DNA of 64,000 nt from Vulcanimicrobiota bacterium (GCA_963733295.1 CAVTCS010000003.1:2112001-2176000), one strand, 5' to 3'; positions 10,276-21,004 are shown, numbered from the stretch's first letter. Notes: a model not told the origin generated them from the letters alone. Numbers and translations: made by a program.

Positions 10276-10374
10276 CCGGTTTCATAACTGCAATCGACGC
10301 TCGAATGCCTGCGTCTCAACGCAACGCGTCAACTCCGGGACGGGGTTCCCCCGCCTCCGCCGAAGGGACGCACC

Positions 10375-10581
10375 ATGAAGATCAGTGCACGCAATCAACT
10401 CGCGGGCGTCGTCCGGACGGTCCGCAAAGGCGCCGTCATGGCCGAGGTCGTGGTCGACGTGAAGGCAGGTCCTATCACCGCCGCGATCACCGCCGGCTCC
10501 GTGGACGACCTAAAGCTCGGCGAAGGCGATCAGGTCACCGTCATCATCAAAGCCACCGAGGTGATCGTCGGCAAAGGCTGA
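10375..10581 (+). CDS. TOBE/Mop molybdate-binding protein
   Basis: MKISARNQL N-terminus and IKATEV C-terminus, 68 aa. Confidence 0.9.
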   Translation: MKISARNQLAGVVRTVRKGAVMAEVVVDVKAGPITAAITAGSVDDLKLGEGDQVTVIIKATEVIVGKG

Positions 10582-10615
10582 CCGAACGCGCTCGGGATGG
10601 AGTCCGGGCGGCCCG

Positions 10616-11554
10616 CTACTCGTGGCTCTGCGGCGGGTTACCCTTGAGGCGATAGACGAGACCGGTCTTTGTGGTGCCGAGCAACAGCCAGCCGCGCGCA
10701 ATCTGCTGCAGCCGAATGAACAGCTCTTCTACGCGCTGTTTGACCAGTTCGTGCACGTCCTCACGACGCTCGAACTTCGTTTGGTAGGCAAATTCTCCGC
10801 ACATGACGTGATGATCGCCGAGCGATCGCCACAGTGAGACGTTCGCTTTCGACGTGATGCCTTTCCCAAAATCGAGCGTGCCGAGGTCCATGAGGACTTC
10901 CTCGACGAGGGTCGAGTTCACCAGCTCGACGCTGCCCTCCATGCTGCCGATGAGTCCGGCGACCGCGGGAAGAATGCGCGCGATCGTCTTGAGGTTCGTG
11001 CGATCGCCCTCGCGCACGGAACTGATCGGAAATATGCAATTGTGCGAATAGAGCAGGCGGTAACCGCCAGTTTCGTCCTTCAGCGGTAGCGCTTCGGACT
11101 TGAACTTGACGCGAAACGGTCCCGCGATCTTCGGCCGGACATCAATTGCCGCCGCCGTCTGCATGTCGGGATTGCGAAACTTGAAAACGACCTCGGGATC
11201 CCCGATGGGGAACCCGTCTTGATACGCGATGCGACGTCGCAGGATAAACGAGTTGTTGTAAAGCCTGAAGTCCGCAGTATCGAGGAACATCACCTCGCGG
11301 ATCTTCGGCCTTGCAACCTTCAGATCGAACTCGGCGTAGTTGACGCCCTTCACTTTGCCGGCTGCCTCGGCAACGAGGCTGCTAAAGATTTGGAAACCTC
11401 GTACCGAATCAAAGAAATCCGGCTTCAAAATAAGCTTCGCGTCGAAAAACTGGATCTTGTCGTGCGGATTGCCGTCGGCGTAGGTCTGAACGCCGTTGCT
11501 TTGAATTTCGGACGCCGCGTCACGTTTCGCGACGTTGGCAGATTTTGTCGTCAT
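10616..11554 (-). CDS. Hypothetical protein, probable CYTH-like fold
   Basis: Start MTTKS after GGGAG; DAKLILK, FLDT.DF.LY...FILRRR, KFR, TKT pattern resembles CYTH-like tunnel proteins. Confidence 0.6.
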   Translation of the reverse strand: MTTKSANVAKRDAASEIQSNGVQTYADGNPHDKIQFFDAKLILKPDFFDSVRGFQIFSSLVAEAAGKVKGVNYAEFDLKVARPKIREVMFLDTADFRLYNNSFILRRRIAYQDGFPIGDPEVVFKFRNPDMQTAAAIDVRPKIAGPFRVKFKSEALPLKDETGGYRLLYSHNCIFPISSVREGDRTNLKTIARILPAVAGLIGSMEGSVELVNSTLVEEVLMDLGTLDFGKGITSKANVSLWRSLGDHHVMCGEFAYQTKFERREDVHELVKQRVEELFIRLQQIARGWLLLGTTKTGLVYRLKGNPPQSHE

Positions 11555-11627
11555 TGTGGAACTCCCGCCCTTGCAGCGCGAAGCGCGCGCCAAGCGCCTT
11601 TCGCCCTTCCCTTTTTCGAACCCGCCT

Positions 11628-12191
11628 TCATTTCGCCTCGCCGCCCGGTGTCGCCGCAGCCGGTTCGTCATCGATCTGAACCGCTAGGTACGTCACGATG
11701 TCCCAAGCGTTGCGAATGCCGATGAAAATGAGTAACAAAACGCTGCCCGCAAGCGCGAATGGCGCCGCGACGGGAAAGGCGGGGAGCGCGATTCCGCCTG
11801 CGAGGATCGCGCCGTACGCGAGGAACGGGGCGATCGTGTACCAGATCCAATCCTCGAGGTCCGGCGTGTAAAGGGTCAGCCGCCTAGCCCGAACGGTCAC
11901 GCGCAACAGGTACAGGACGCCGTAAAGACCGGCGAACCCGACCACGTCGCCGGCGCTACGCAACGAGTGCCAGGGCGCGCAAAGAATCGCGGAGACGAGC
12001 AGCGCGGCTGCAAAGTGCAGGACTGTCGGCGAGCTGAAGGTCGCCATTCCCTCGTGGCTCGGCTGCGAGCGCTCGAGGCCGGCCACAAGCGTGATCACGA
12101 CGAACATCAAGCCGGTCAACGCCGCGGCCGACGAGCCGGTCATAACGTAGAAGTTCGACCACGCGGTGAGGACCGCAGACGCGGGTTCCAT
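11628..12191 (-). CDS. Integral membrane protein (conserved hypothetical)
   Basis: WSNFY..GSSAAALTGLMFV and GIRNAWD motifs; about five hydrophobic helices. Confidence 0.8.
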   Translation of the reverse strand: MEPASAVLTAWSNFYVMTGSSAAALTGLMFVVITLVAGLERSQPSHEGMATFSSPTVLHFAAALLVSAILCAPWHSLRSAGDVVGFAGLYGVLYLLRVTVRARRLTLYTPDLEDWIWYTIAPFLAYGAILAGGIALPAFPVAAPFALAGSVLLLIFIGIRNAWDIVTYLAVQIDDEPAAATPGGEAK

Positions 12192-12243
12192 GAGTGCTCG
12201 CTCCAATGTGGGTGGGCGTGACTCCTTCGCGGAGCGACCGCCC

Positions 12244-12560
12244 TCAGCTTCCGATCTGGGGAAAGATTACTTGCAGAGTCGAGACGAGCGTCAAGACGGT
12301 CACAACGACCGCGGTCGCCCACGCGATGACGTTAAAGCACAGATTGTTGGTCCAACGTCCCATCAGTCGCTTGCTATTGATCAAGAGCAACATGAGGACG
12401 AGGACTACCGGCAGCAACACGCCGTTGAGCACCTGGGAATAGAAGACGATCGCCAGAAGCGGGGCCCCGGGACGATAACGATTCCGGCTCCGACGGCGAT
12501 GAGCGCGAGGTACAGTCCGTAAAAGACCGGCGCCTCGCCGAAGCGCTGATCGACGCTTCG
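12244..12560 (-). pseudogene. C-terminal remnant of an NRAMP-family divalent metal transporter
   Basis: FGEAPVFYGLY and QVLNGVLLP..L..MLLLIN...LMG.W.N; frameshifted, no N-terminus. Confidence 0.75.
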
Positions 12561-12656
12561 TGCAGACGCCTCACCTAACGAGGAATCCTCAGCTAGGATA
12601 CACCCGATCGGCGTTTTGTCAACCGCTCGTCATAAATCCGCATGGTATACTGACGC

Positions 12657-13496
12657 ATGGCGCTCGGAGTTCGCGTTCTCGTGGCTTTGCTCTCGATCAC
12701 GTTTGCTTCGGGAGCGACGCCGGCAACGACGCGCGATCGCGATTCGCGGCCGCTCACCGCGAGCGAGACCGCGACATTCTTACCACTCGTTTGCGAGCAT
12801 CCACAGCCTGCGACTCCCCGTTCTGACGGAACCCAGTGCGCGCAGTTGATCGGCTATCCGGATCGGTCCCGTAGCGCGTCGAGCTTTGGTCTGTGGGCGA
12901 TCGTGTACGGTAGTTTTACGCGCTCGGGCTCCGACGAAGCGTATCTGACGTACTATTCGCAGACGGTCGAACCCCACGCTTACAATTTCGGCGGTGGCTT
13001 GCTCTTCGCGCGTGCTACCGGCGGATGGAAGCTCGTTCGCTGGTATCGCGGCGGGCAACTCGACCGCTGCACGCTCGTGCCGCACACGAGCCCTCTGCGT
13101 CTGCTCTGTGCGTCGGCCTTTAGCAACATGGGTGAATCGGACAGCCGAGTAGCGGTCCGGTCAATTCCGCCTTCGGGCGACAAACTCGATGAGCAAGTTC
13201 CGCTGCTGGAGGCCAGTGACACGAGCGGCACGAGCGCGGAAGCCGAAAAAGGCTGTTACGGCGGCGTACCCAAGGGTGAAGCGCGGCTTCTCTTCATCGA
13301 CTCGCCGAAAGCTTGGGATCAGTCGCCTTATTTCGCGAAGGCCGAACTGACCTACGAAACGGCTGAGGACATTGCCGCCGCGTGCGGCGCACAGTCCACC
13401 CGCAAGGTTCGTCAGACCAAAGCCTTCGCTCGATTCGCGGAACGGAACGGCACCGTAACGATCGTTACGCCGATCAAATTCGTCGAAGTTCGCTAG
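12657..13496 (+). CDS. Secreted Cys-containing hypothetical protein
   Basis: Signal peptide, six Cys; TGGTATACT extended -10-like motif just upstream. Confidence 0.7.
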   Translation: MALGVRVLVALLSITFASGATPATTRDRDSRPLTASETATFLPLVCEHPQPATPRSDGTQCAQLIGYPDRSRSASSFGLWAIVYGSFTRSGSDEAYLTYYSQTVEPHAYNFGGGLLFARATGGWKLVRWYRGGQLDRCTLVPHTSPLRLLCASAFSNMGESDSRVAVRSIPPSGDKLDEQVPLLEASDTSGTSAEAEKGCYGGVPKGEARLLFIDSPKAWDQSPYFAKAELTYETAEDIAAACGAQSTRKVRQTKAFARFAERNGTVTIVTPIKFVEVR

Positions 13497-13499
13497 CCG

Positions 13500-14474
13500 C
13501 TAGCTTGCCGTGTCGCGAACAACGCAGCGAAAGCCGAGGTGACACGTCGACGTGTCGATCGGTTGGGCCATCCGAGCGGCCGGCCTATAGCGTCTGCAAT
13601 AGTTCGGCGCACACAGGTACGAGCCGCCTTTCATCACTTTGCGCGGTATGCGGATCGCCTCGCGCAGATCGTAACTCCCTTCAACGGCTCCGCCTCGCGG
13701 GTTGTCGAGTCCGCAACACGCCTTCTCGATCTTGCCGTGCTCTTGATACCAGTCGGTCGTCCACTCCCAAACGTTACCTGCCATTTCGTGCAGGCCATAG
13801 CCGTTTGCCGGAAACGAGCCGACGGGGGCGGTCCACTCAAAACCATCCGAGAGGAGGTTCTGCCAGGGAAATTCGCCTTGCCAAGTGTTGGCCATCTGCG
13901 TTCCGCCCGGCGCGAACTCGTCGCCCCAAGCGAACTCAACGTTCTCGAGTCCACCACGAGCGGCGAACTCCCACTCGGCTTCGGTCGGCAGATCCTTACC
14001 CGCCCAGCTCGCATAAGCACTTGCATCTGCGAACGCGACGTGCACGACCGGATGATCGTCGAGGCCTTCGATCGAACTCCCGGGACCCTGCGGATGACGC
14101 CAATCCGCGCCGGGTACGTACGTCCACCAATTGAGGTGATTTCGGAGATCGACGGGGCCTGTCGCTTTGCGAAACACGACTGAGGCCGGCGCGAGCAACT
14201 CCGGGATGGCACCGGGATATTCTTTCGGGTCTGCGGGGCGTTCGGCGGAGGTAACGTGGCCCGTGGCACGGACGAACTTCGCGAAATCGCGATTCGTAAC
14301 GGCGTAGCGATCGATCCAAAATCCGTCGAGCGTGACGCGATGAGCCGGCGCTTCTTCGGGATAGTGGTGATCCGATCCCATGAGGAACGCACCTCCGGGA
14401 ATGCGCACCATATCTTCTCCCGGGGCGTGTGGTTCGCGAACGGACGGTGCTTTCGATTCGGGCTGGGTTCGCAT
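13500..14474 (-). CDS. Formylglycine-generating enzyme (sulfatase-modifying factor)
   Basis: FLMGS, HPVVHV, LPTEAEWEFAARGG, GNVWEW and KGGSYLCAPNYCRRYRPAAR motifs. Confidence 0.93.
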   Translation of the reverse strand: MRTQPESKAPSVREPHAPGEDMVRIPGGAFLMGSDHHYPEEAPAHRVTLDGFWIDRYAVTNRDFAKFVRATGHVTSAERPADPKEYPGAIPELLAPASVVFRKATGPVDLRNHLNWWTYVPGADWRHPQGPGSSIEGLDDHPVVHVAFADASAYASWAGKDLPTEAEWEFAARGGLENVEFAWGDEFAPGGTQMANTWQGEFPWQNLLSDGFEWTAPVGSFPANGYGLHEMAGNVWEWTTDWYQEHGKIEKACCGLDNPRGGAVEGSYDLREAIRIPRKVMKGGSYLCAPNYCRRYRPAARMAQPIDTSTCHLGFRCVVRDTAS

Positions 14475-14479
14475 CGGTG

Positions 14480-15754
14480 TTAGTCTCCTTGGTTACCGCG
14501 CGGTTCGTTTGCTCTTACAGGGCTTGGAGAAGTGTCGAACACCACCTGGTCCCATTGCCAGAGTTGCTCGAAAAAGGCACGCGCGAGACTGCGATCGTCC
14601 GGCTCGGAGCAGATCTGAGCGAGGCTGCGCTTCCCATCCACTTTGGCGAGCAGCCGTTCCTGCCGCGCGTCGATGGGTAGATACAAGTCGGTATAGGTAT
14701 GATTGGGGTTGATCAGTACCGCCGCCGCTCCCTGCGGTACGCGTTCCCGCACCGCGAGCGTATCTGGCAAACGAATAGGCGTATACTCGAGCCAGCCGTC
14801 GCCGTTGAAATCGACCTGCGCGCTACGCGCGGCTCCGTTCTTCCGATAGGCGATGCAGCTGTGGCGCACCATTGTTCCACGAAACAGTTCGATGGCGGCA
14901 TATTGCGCCCCGGGCGTGAGTTGAGCGAGCCTCGTTTGGTGGGGCGTCGACGCTAACGCACCACACCACGGCAGGTAAGGCGCTTGACGAACCCAGCGTC
15001 CGAACGCGAGATCGCCTTCGGCGAGGAATTCCATAAGCTGTGGTACCGTGTACGAGCGATCTTGTGGATGAAGGAGCGCGTCGGCGAGACCGGCCGTCGT
15101 CGCGAAGTCGGGTGAGTTGCGCAGCAACGGTGCAAGCGGATGATCCGGTGGTAATGCCTTGAGGCTGGCGGCGAGATCGCCGATGTCGGCAGCCGTCCGC
15201 CCGAGACCGAGGCGCCGGCAGTAGTCTTGAAACATGTAGATTCCGGCGCGGCCGTAGGGCGCGTAGACCATGACGTTGAGAGCGCCGTTTGGCGCGAGAA
15301 CTTCGCGCAGCGCACGCAGACCCACATCGGGATCGGCCAGGTGATGGAGCACGCCGGTACAGACCACGTGCTCGAAAGCCTCTCGGAGTTCGGTAACGCG
15401 CTCGACTTCGAGCTGCCGCACCTCTAAGTTGTCGAGCGCGTGCTTGCGCTTCAACTCGCGCGTGAACGCGATGCTTTTCGCGCTGACGTCGATGCCGACG
15501 ACCCGAGCGTCCGGCCAACGCAGCGCGTAGTGAGCCGCCTGAACGGTGCCGCAGCCGGCGACCAATATGCTGCGATCTTCGCGGTAATGTTCGGCCGGCC
15601 AGAAGAGATGCGATTCGGCACGCCGGCGCCCGACGTCCCAAGTCCGGCGATAAGCCTCGAGGTCATCCACCGGCGGCGGATACGGATGACTTTCGTAAAA
15701 GGCGCTCACCTGCGCGGCGATTGTGTCGCTCGGGCTAGTTTCGTCGTCGTTCAT
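14480..15754 (-). CDS. Class I SAM-dependent methyltransferase
   Basis: FYESHPYPP, ILVAGCGT, CTGVLHHL and DALLHP motifs. Confidence 0.85.
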   Translation of the reverse strand: MNDDETSPSDTIAAQVSAFYESHPYPPPVDDLEAYRRTWDVGRRRAESHLFWPAEHYREDRSILVAGCGTVQAAHYALRWPDARVVGIDVSAKSIAFTRELKRKHALDNLEVRQLEVERVTELREAFEHVVCTGVLHHLADPDVGLRALREVLAPNGALNVMVYAPYGRAGIYMFQDYCRRLGLGRTAADIGDLAASLKALPPDHPLAPLLRNSPDFATTAGLADALLHPQDRSYTVPQLMEFLAEGDLAFGRWVRQAPYLPWCGALASTPHQTRLAQLTPGAQYAAIELFRGTMVRHSCIAYRKNGAARSAQVDFNGDGWLEYTPIRLPDTLAVRERVPQGAAAVLINPNHTYTDLYLPIDARQERLLAKVDGKRSLAQICSEPDDRSLARAFFEQLWQWDQVVFDTSPSPVRANEPRGNQGD

Positions 15755-15881
15755 GACGTACTAGTGCCTCTCCATACCGGGTTAGTTCGGCCTAAAACGG
15801 CAAGGCTCTGCTGGTTTGGCCCAAAGAGAAGGGACGCACGCTGCGCGCACGCCCCCTCTCGCCGTGTCCGCAATACGCGGC

Positions 15882-17396
15882 TTAGCCGTGGGGTGTTTTC
15901 ACTTGCTCCATCACCGAGTCCAGATTGAACGACGCGGGTTTCTGTCGCGGTGGGAACTTGATGAAGTCCTGGATCTGCTGCGCCACCACTGCCTGCATTT
16001 CGTACAATTGGGGCACGTGATCGACCATCCAGTCGAAGTAGGTGTTCGAGTTGAAGTCGGCTCGCTCGAACGGATCGCGTCGCAAGCTGACGATATGCGG
16101 CAGCCGAAGCTTGATAAAAGGCTCGGCCCACTGCTGCATAGTATTCGCGCGCTGCACCGACAGGTTGAACTTATAGTCGCCGACACGCACCGCGATGACA
16201 TCGCCGTCGTCGCTAAAGTATATGATCGCGTTGCGTGGACTCTCTTTGACCTGGCCCGAGAAGTACGGGATCATATTGTAGCCGTCGAGATGCACCTTGA
16301 ACTTCTTGCCACCCACCGTCGCGCCATCGAGCAGCTGCTTCGTCACGTCCGGGTTACCCGCCGCGGCCAATAACGTTGGGAACGCGTCGATGTGCGAGAC
16401 GATGCCGTTGAAGACCGACCCTGGCTTGATGGTTCCGGGCCAGCGGATGAAGCACGGCACGCGCCAACCGCCTTCCCAATTGGAGTCTTTCTGTCCGCGA
16501 AATGGCGTGTTGGCTCCGTCGGGCCAGGTGTCGTTCTCCGGACCGTTGTCAGTTGAGTACATGACAATGGTGTTGTCGGCAATTCCTAGCTCATCGAGCT
16601 TGTTCAGCATCATGCCGATCTGCTCGTCGTGCACGACCATTCGATCGCTATAAGGATCTTGGCCGCTCTTGCCGAGATTTTTTGCGGCGACGTGGGTCCG
16701 GAAGTGCATGGCGGTGGCGTTGTACCACAGGAAAAACGGCTGATCTGCCTTGGCCTGCGTCTCCATCCACGCAAGAGCGGCTGACGTGATCTCTTCGTCG
16801 ATGGTTTCCATGCGCTTTTTGGTGAGGGGGCCCGTATCGACGATCGTCTGTTTGCCGACTTTGCCGAACCGCGGATCGACGGTCGCGTCATCCTTGTCGG
16901 TCGCCTTGCAATGCAAGACGCCGCGCGGCCCGAACATGGCCTTGAACTTCGGGTCCTTGGGATAGTCAGGTAGTTCCGGTTCTTCTTCGGCGTTGAGGTG
17001 ATAGAGGTTTCCGAAGAACTCATCGAAGCCGTGCACGGTCGGCAAAAACTCGTTGCGGTCGCCCAGGTGGTTCTTGCCGAACTGGCCCGTGGCATAGCCC
17101 TGCGGCTTCAGCAGTTCGGCGATGGTCGGATCTTCGGCTTGCAGGCCGACGGTGGCGCCGGGCATTCCGACCTTCGTGAGCCCGGTGCGAATCGGGTTCT
17201 GGCCGGCGATGAAGCAGGCGCGCCCGGCGGTGCAGCTCTGTTGCGAATAGTAGTCGGTGAAGAGCCCACCCTCGTTCGCCACGCGGTCGATGTTCGGCGT
17301 CCGGTACCCCATCATGCCGTTGCTGAAGCGGCTGATATTCCAGATGCCGATGTCGTCGCCCCAGAGGATGAGGATATTGGGTTTCTTGGCAGCCAT
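15882..17396 (-). CDS. Arylsulfatase (CTAGR active-site variant)
   Basis: PNILILWGDDIG, SCTAGRA, GKNHLGD, TDNG. Confidence 0.93.
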   Translation of the reverse strand: MAAKKPNILILWGDDIGIWNISRFSNGMMGYRTPNIDRVANEGGLFTDYYSQQSCTAGRACFIAGQNPIRTGLTKVGMPGATVGLQAEDPTIAELLKPQGYATGQFGKNHLGDRNEFLPTVHGFDEFFGNLYHLNAEEEPELPDYPKDPKFKAMFGPRGVLHCKATDKDDATVDPRFGKVGKQTIVDTGPLTKKRMETIDEEITSAALAWMETQAKADQPFFLWYNATAMHFRTHVAAKNLGKSGQDPYSDRMVVHDEQIGMMLNKLDELGIADNTIVMYSTDNGPENDTWPDGANTPFRGQKDSNWEGGWRVPCFIRWPGTIKPGSVFNGIVSHIDAFPTLLAAAGNPDVTKQLLDGATVGGKKFKVHLDGYNMIPYFSGQVKESPRNAIIYFSDDGDVIAVRVGDYKFNLSVQRANTMQQWAEPFIKLRLPHIVSLRRDPFERADFNSNTYFDWMVDHVPQLYEMQAVVAQQIQDFIKFPPRQKPASFNLDSVMEQVKTPHG

Positions 17397-17663
17397 TTAG
17401 GTTGTTTCTCCTCTTTAATGAAGTTAATCGGATCGTTGAAGTCCGTCGGATTGTTCGCGCAAAGTCCGGAGCATCTGGGACGCTCTTCGCCACGAGCGTC
17501 ATCTCGAGATGAAGGGCCAGTGGGCGTCAGGCCAAGGGTAGCAGATGGCAGCTTCCCCTTCTATCCCAAATGCGCACTTTCAATCGATCGCAGATGCAGA
17601 GTCTGCTGCGTTCAGAATCTTCCCAGATTATGAGAAAGCGCTGGCCACGAGGTCGCTTGACCG

Positions 17664-20015
17664 CTATTGGCGCGCCATTGCGACCCGCAGGCGATCCTCC
17701 GCAGTAATGTAGCGATCCGCATCCGACTTGCCTGCGTCGAGCTGGACGCCGAGCACCTTGCCGTTAAAGGCAGTATGTCCGGCCGTCAGCTCGCTGCTGA
17801 CGGGTGTCCCGGTGTCGATCCCCACATCGCACGTCTCATCCGCTGAAAATAACATCGGAACGGTCATGTCGACGCGGCCTTTGCCTACCTCTTTGCCGTC
17901 GATGAAAAGCTTGACGTTTCCACCTTTGCCGAGCCCCCCGCCATCGTATTCGAACTCCATGCGGACCTGATGCCTTCCGGGTGAAATCGCTTCGTCGCTC
18001 CGCGCGAACCACGACTTCCAACCGAAAGAGTTGTAGCAATATGCGAGTTTGCCGTCCTTCGCATACAAGCTCCAGCCGCCGAAGTGACCGCCCTGCGCGA
18101 TGATGACACCTTCCGCACCGCCTTTCGGCGCGACGATCTCGGCAGTGACCGAGTGAGATTTGTTCTTCAAAACCACGATCGAGTTTTCGCTCAGGCGCCC
18201 CATCGAGCCGAAGAGCAATTGCCGGTCCCCCTTGATGAGCTGTGGCCGGCCCGCGAGGTCCGCATTGAACCGCTCGACGCGCCGATCGTCGAGCGGCAGA
18301 ACGTTGTATTTGGCCGCCTCGATCAGAAAATATCGCTGCAACTCGTGAAGCTTCTGCGGATTCTCCTTAGCGACGTTGTGCGCTTGCGTCCAATCCTCTG
18401 GAGCGTAAAGCTCCCACACATCGTCGTCGAACGCGGGCATGGGCGCAATCACCCAGGGCGTGCTGTGACGCGTGACAGCCGTCCATCCTTTGTGATAGAT
18501 CCCGCGGTTCACGAACATCTCAAAATACTGAGTCTCGTGACGATCGGCGGCTTTCGCGTCATCGAACGAGTAGGTCATCGAGAACCCCGCAAGCGGCTGC
18601 TGCGCGATCCCGTTCACCAGGGCCGGCAACGGGAGCTTCGCCGCCTCGAGCACCGTCGGCGCCACGTCGATGACGTGGTGAAACTGCGAGCGTATCTCAC
18701 CTTTGGAACGGATACCTTTCGGCCAGTGGACGATGACACCGTTCCGAGTGCCGCCCCAATGCGATGCGACCTGCTTCGTCCATTGGAACGGCGTGTCCAT
18801 CGCATGTGCCCAACCGACCGCGTAGTGGTTGTACGCGTCGGGGCCGCCAAAGTGGTCGACGCGCTCCAAAAGGAACTCCGGCGTCTCGATGCTCGTCACA
18901 CCGTTCAGCATCAGCAGCTCGTTGAACGTGCCGTTGACGGTGCCTTCCGCAGACGCACCGTTGTCGCCGATGATGTAGTAGACGAGCGTGTTGTCGAGGA
19001 TTTGCAATTTCTCGAGTGCTTCGATCAACCGGCCGACGTGGTAGTCCGTGTGCTCGAGGAACCCGGCGTAGACTTCCATCTCGCGCGTAAGCACGGGTTT
19101 GAGTTTTGGGTCCATGTCGTCCCACGCGGGAATCTCCGTGGGTCGCTTCGTCAACTCGGCATCCTTGGGGATGACGCCGATCTGCACTTGGCGCGCGAAC
19201 GTCTGCTCGCGAACCTTGTCCCAACCTTGATCGAACTTGCCTTTGTATTTGTCGGCCCACTCCTTGGGTACGTGGTGCGGCGCGTGCGTTGCGCCGGGCG
19301 CGAAATACACGAAGAAGGGTTTGTCGGGCATGAGCGCCTTCTGCTGGCCGATCCAATCGATGGCCCGGTCCGTCATGTCGACGGTGAAGTGATACTCCGG
19401 ATCCTCCGGTGGCTCGATCGGCACCGTGTCTTGATAGATCGCCGGCGCCCACTGATTCGTCTCGCCGCCGATGAAACCGTAGAAGTGCTCGAAGCCGCTA
19501 CCGGTCGGCCATTGATCGAACGGCCCCATCGGGCTAGTCTCCCAGACCGGCACCTCGTGACACTTGCCGAACTGCGCCGTCGCATAGCCGTTGAGCCTGA
19601 GCACTTCGGGAAGCGGCGCCGCCGATTTCGGCCGAAGCGAGTTGTACCCGGGAGCCGAAGTCGCCAGTTCGGTGATGCTACCCATCCCGACCGAGTGGTG
19701 ATTGCGACCGCACAACAATGCTTGGCGGGTAGGCGAGCAGAGTGCGGTCGTATGAAAACGATTGTACTTGAGCCCCGCTTTTGCCAGTTTCTCGGCCGTG
19801 GGCGTTGCACACGGCCCTCCGAAAGCGCTCGAAGCGGCGAAGCCGACGTCGTCGAGGAGGACGATGAGCACGTTCGGTGCGCCGGCCGGCGGACGGAGCG
19901 GGACGATCGGCGGAAACTTCGTTTCGGGATCCTTGGCGTCGTACGTCGTAAGGCCCACAAAGGTTCGATCGGGAATCGGTAAGATCTCGCGACCGAGTTC
20001 GGAAGCGTCTGCCAT
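17664..20015 (-). CDS. Long-form arylsulfatase with C-terminal LamG-like extension
   Basis: PNVLIVLLDDVG, LCSPTRQ, GKCH, HAPHH, GDNGAS. Confidence 0.94.
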   Translation of the reverse strand: MADASELGREILPIPDRTFVGLTTYDAKDPETKFPPIVPLRPPAGAPNVLIVLLDDVGFAASSAFGGPCATPTAEKLAKAGLKYNRFHTTALCSPTRQALLCGRNHHSVGMGSITELATSAPGYNSLRPKSAAPLPEVLRLNGYATAQFGKCHEVPVWETSPMGPFDQWPTGSGFEHFYGFIGGETNQWAPAIYQDTVPIEPPEDPEYHFTVDMTDRAIDWIGQQKALMPDKPFFVYFAPGATHAPHHVPKEWADKYKGKFDQGWDKVREQTFARQVQIGVIPKDAELTKRPTEIPAWDDMDPKLKPVLTREMEVYAGFLEHTDYHVGRLIEALEKLQILDNTLVYYIIGDNGASAEGTVNGTFNELLMLNGVTSIETPEFLLERVDHFGGPDAYNHYAVGWAHAMDTPFQWTKQVASHWGGTRNGVIVHWPKGIRSKGEIRSQFHHVIDVAPTVLEAAKLPLPALVNGIAQQPLAGFSMTYSFDDAKAADRHETQYFEMFVNRGIYHKGWTAVTRHSTPWVIAPMPAFDDDVWELYAPEDWTQAHNVAKENPQKLHELQRYFLIEAAKYNVLPLDDRRVERFNADLAGRPQLIKGDRQLLFGSMGRLSENSIVVLKNKSHSVTAEIVAPKGGAEGVIIAQGGHFGGWSLYAKDGKLAYCYNSFGWKSWFARSDEAISPGRHQVRMEFEYDGGGLGKGGNVKLFIDGKEVGKGRVDMTVPMLFSADETCDVGIDTGTPVSSELTAGHTAFNGKVLGVQLDAGKSDADRYITAEDRLRVAMARQ

Positions 20016-20173
20016 TTTTGGGTCTCCTTTTGAGCGTCGTTAACGTCGCGACGCGACACGGGACAGTGCGGCCAGCGTTTTTCGCTGGCTACTAAAAGGG
20101 CCCCCGCCGTGCGTCGCGGTGGGACGTTTTTGGCAATCCTTAGAAGCCCTCAACGCAAACGGAGGGACCACAC

Positions 20174-21004
20174 TTGATCGCAAGATTTACCGCCTTCTTC
20201 ACCCTGGCAGTCGTTCTTACGATTCCATTTGTCGCGTCGACGCGCGAAGCAAACGCGCAAACTCAGTCGCCGTCACTTGCCGAGGCATACGCTACGATCG
20301 CAAGCAAGCAGTTCGTCGACCTCACCCACAGCTTCTCGCCGGGCATCCCGCATTGGAAAGGGTTCCCCCAGGAAAGTGTGAGGACGCTCTACTCGTATGC
20401 CAAATCCGGATTCTTAGCACAACAGTTCTGTCACGTCGGGCAGTGGGGAACGCACGTCGATGCGCCTTCGCACTTCACGAAAGGCGGCCGCACCGTCGAT
20501 CAGATCGATCCGAAGGAAATGGTGATGCCGCTCGTCGTTCTCGACGTACACGAGAAGGTCGCGCACGATCCCGACTACGTTCTTTCGATGGACGACGTCA
20601 AGGCGTGGGAGGCCCGGCACGGCCCCATCCCGCAGCATGCCTTCGTCGCGATGCGGACCGACTGGTCGAAGCGCTGGGCGAGCGGAGACGCCGCCATGGC
20701 CAACAAGGACTCCAAGGGAATCTCACATTACCCCGGCTGGAGTCTACCGGTGCTCGTGTACCTTTATCAGACGCGGCACATCACGGCGTCGGGACACGAA
20801 ACGACCGATACCGACCCCGGTATTGCGGCTTCGAAAGACGACTATTCTCTCGAGAGCTGGATTCTTCACCACAACCACTATCAGATAGAGATGCTGACCA
20901 ATCTCGACAAAGTGCCCGAGAGCGGCGCAATCGCGATCGTCACTTTTCCAAAACCGGCGGGTGGTTCCGGCTTTCCGGCTCGCGTCATCGCCATTCTGCC
21001 GTAA
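20174..21004 (+). CDS. Secreted cyclase-family (kynurenine formamidase-like) metal hydrolase
   Basis: Signal peptide; VDLTH, GQWGTHVDAPSHF, GSGFPARV. Confidence 0.88.
   Translation: MIARFTAFFTLAVVLTIPFVASTREANAQTQSPSLAEAYATIASKQFVDLTHSFSPGIPHWKGFPQESVRTLYSYAKSGFLAQQFCHVGQWGTHVDAPSHFTKGGRTVDQIDPKEMVMPLVVLDVHEKVAHDPDYVLSMDDVKAWEARHGPIPQHAFVAMRTDWSKRWASGDAAMANKDSKGISHYPGWSLPVLVYLYQTRHITASGHETTDTDPGIAASKDDYSLESWILHHNHYQIEMLTNLDKVPESGAIAIVTFPKPAGGSGFPARVIAILP

Noticed and set aside
10276..10374. Molybdenum-cofactor riboswitch upstream of the TOBE gene
   Set aside because: Short divergent intergenic region with no recognisable conserved structure; an Rfam scan would be needed.
18084..19982. 632-aa plus-strand ORF
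   Set aside because: Antisense shadow of the sulfatase, expected in high-GC DNA; no motifs.
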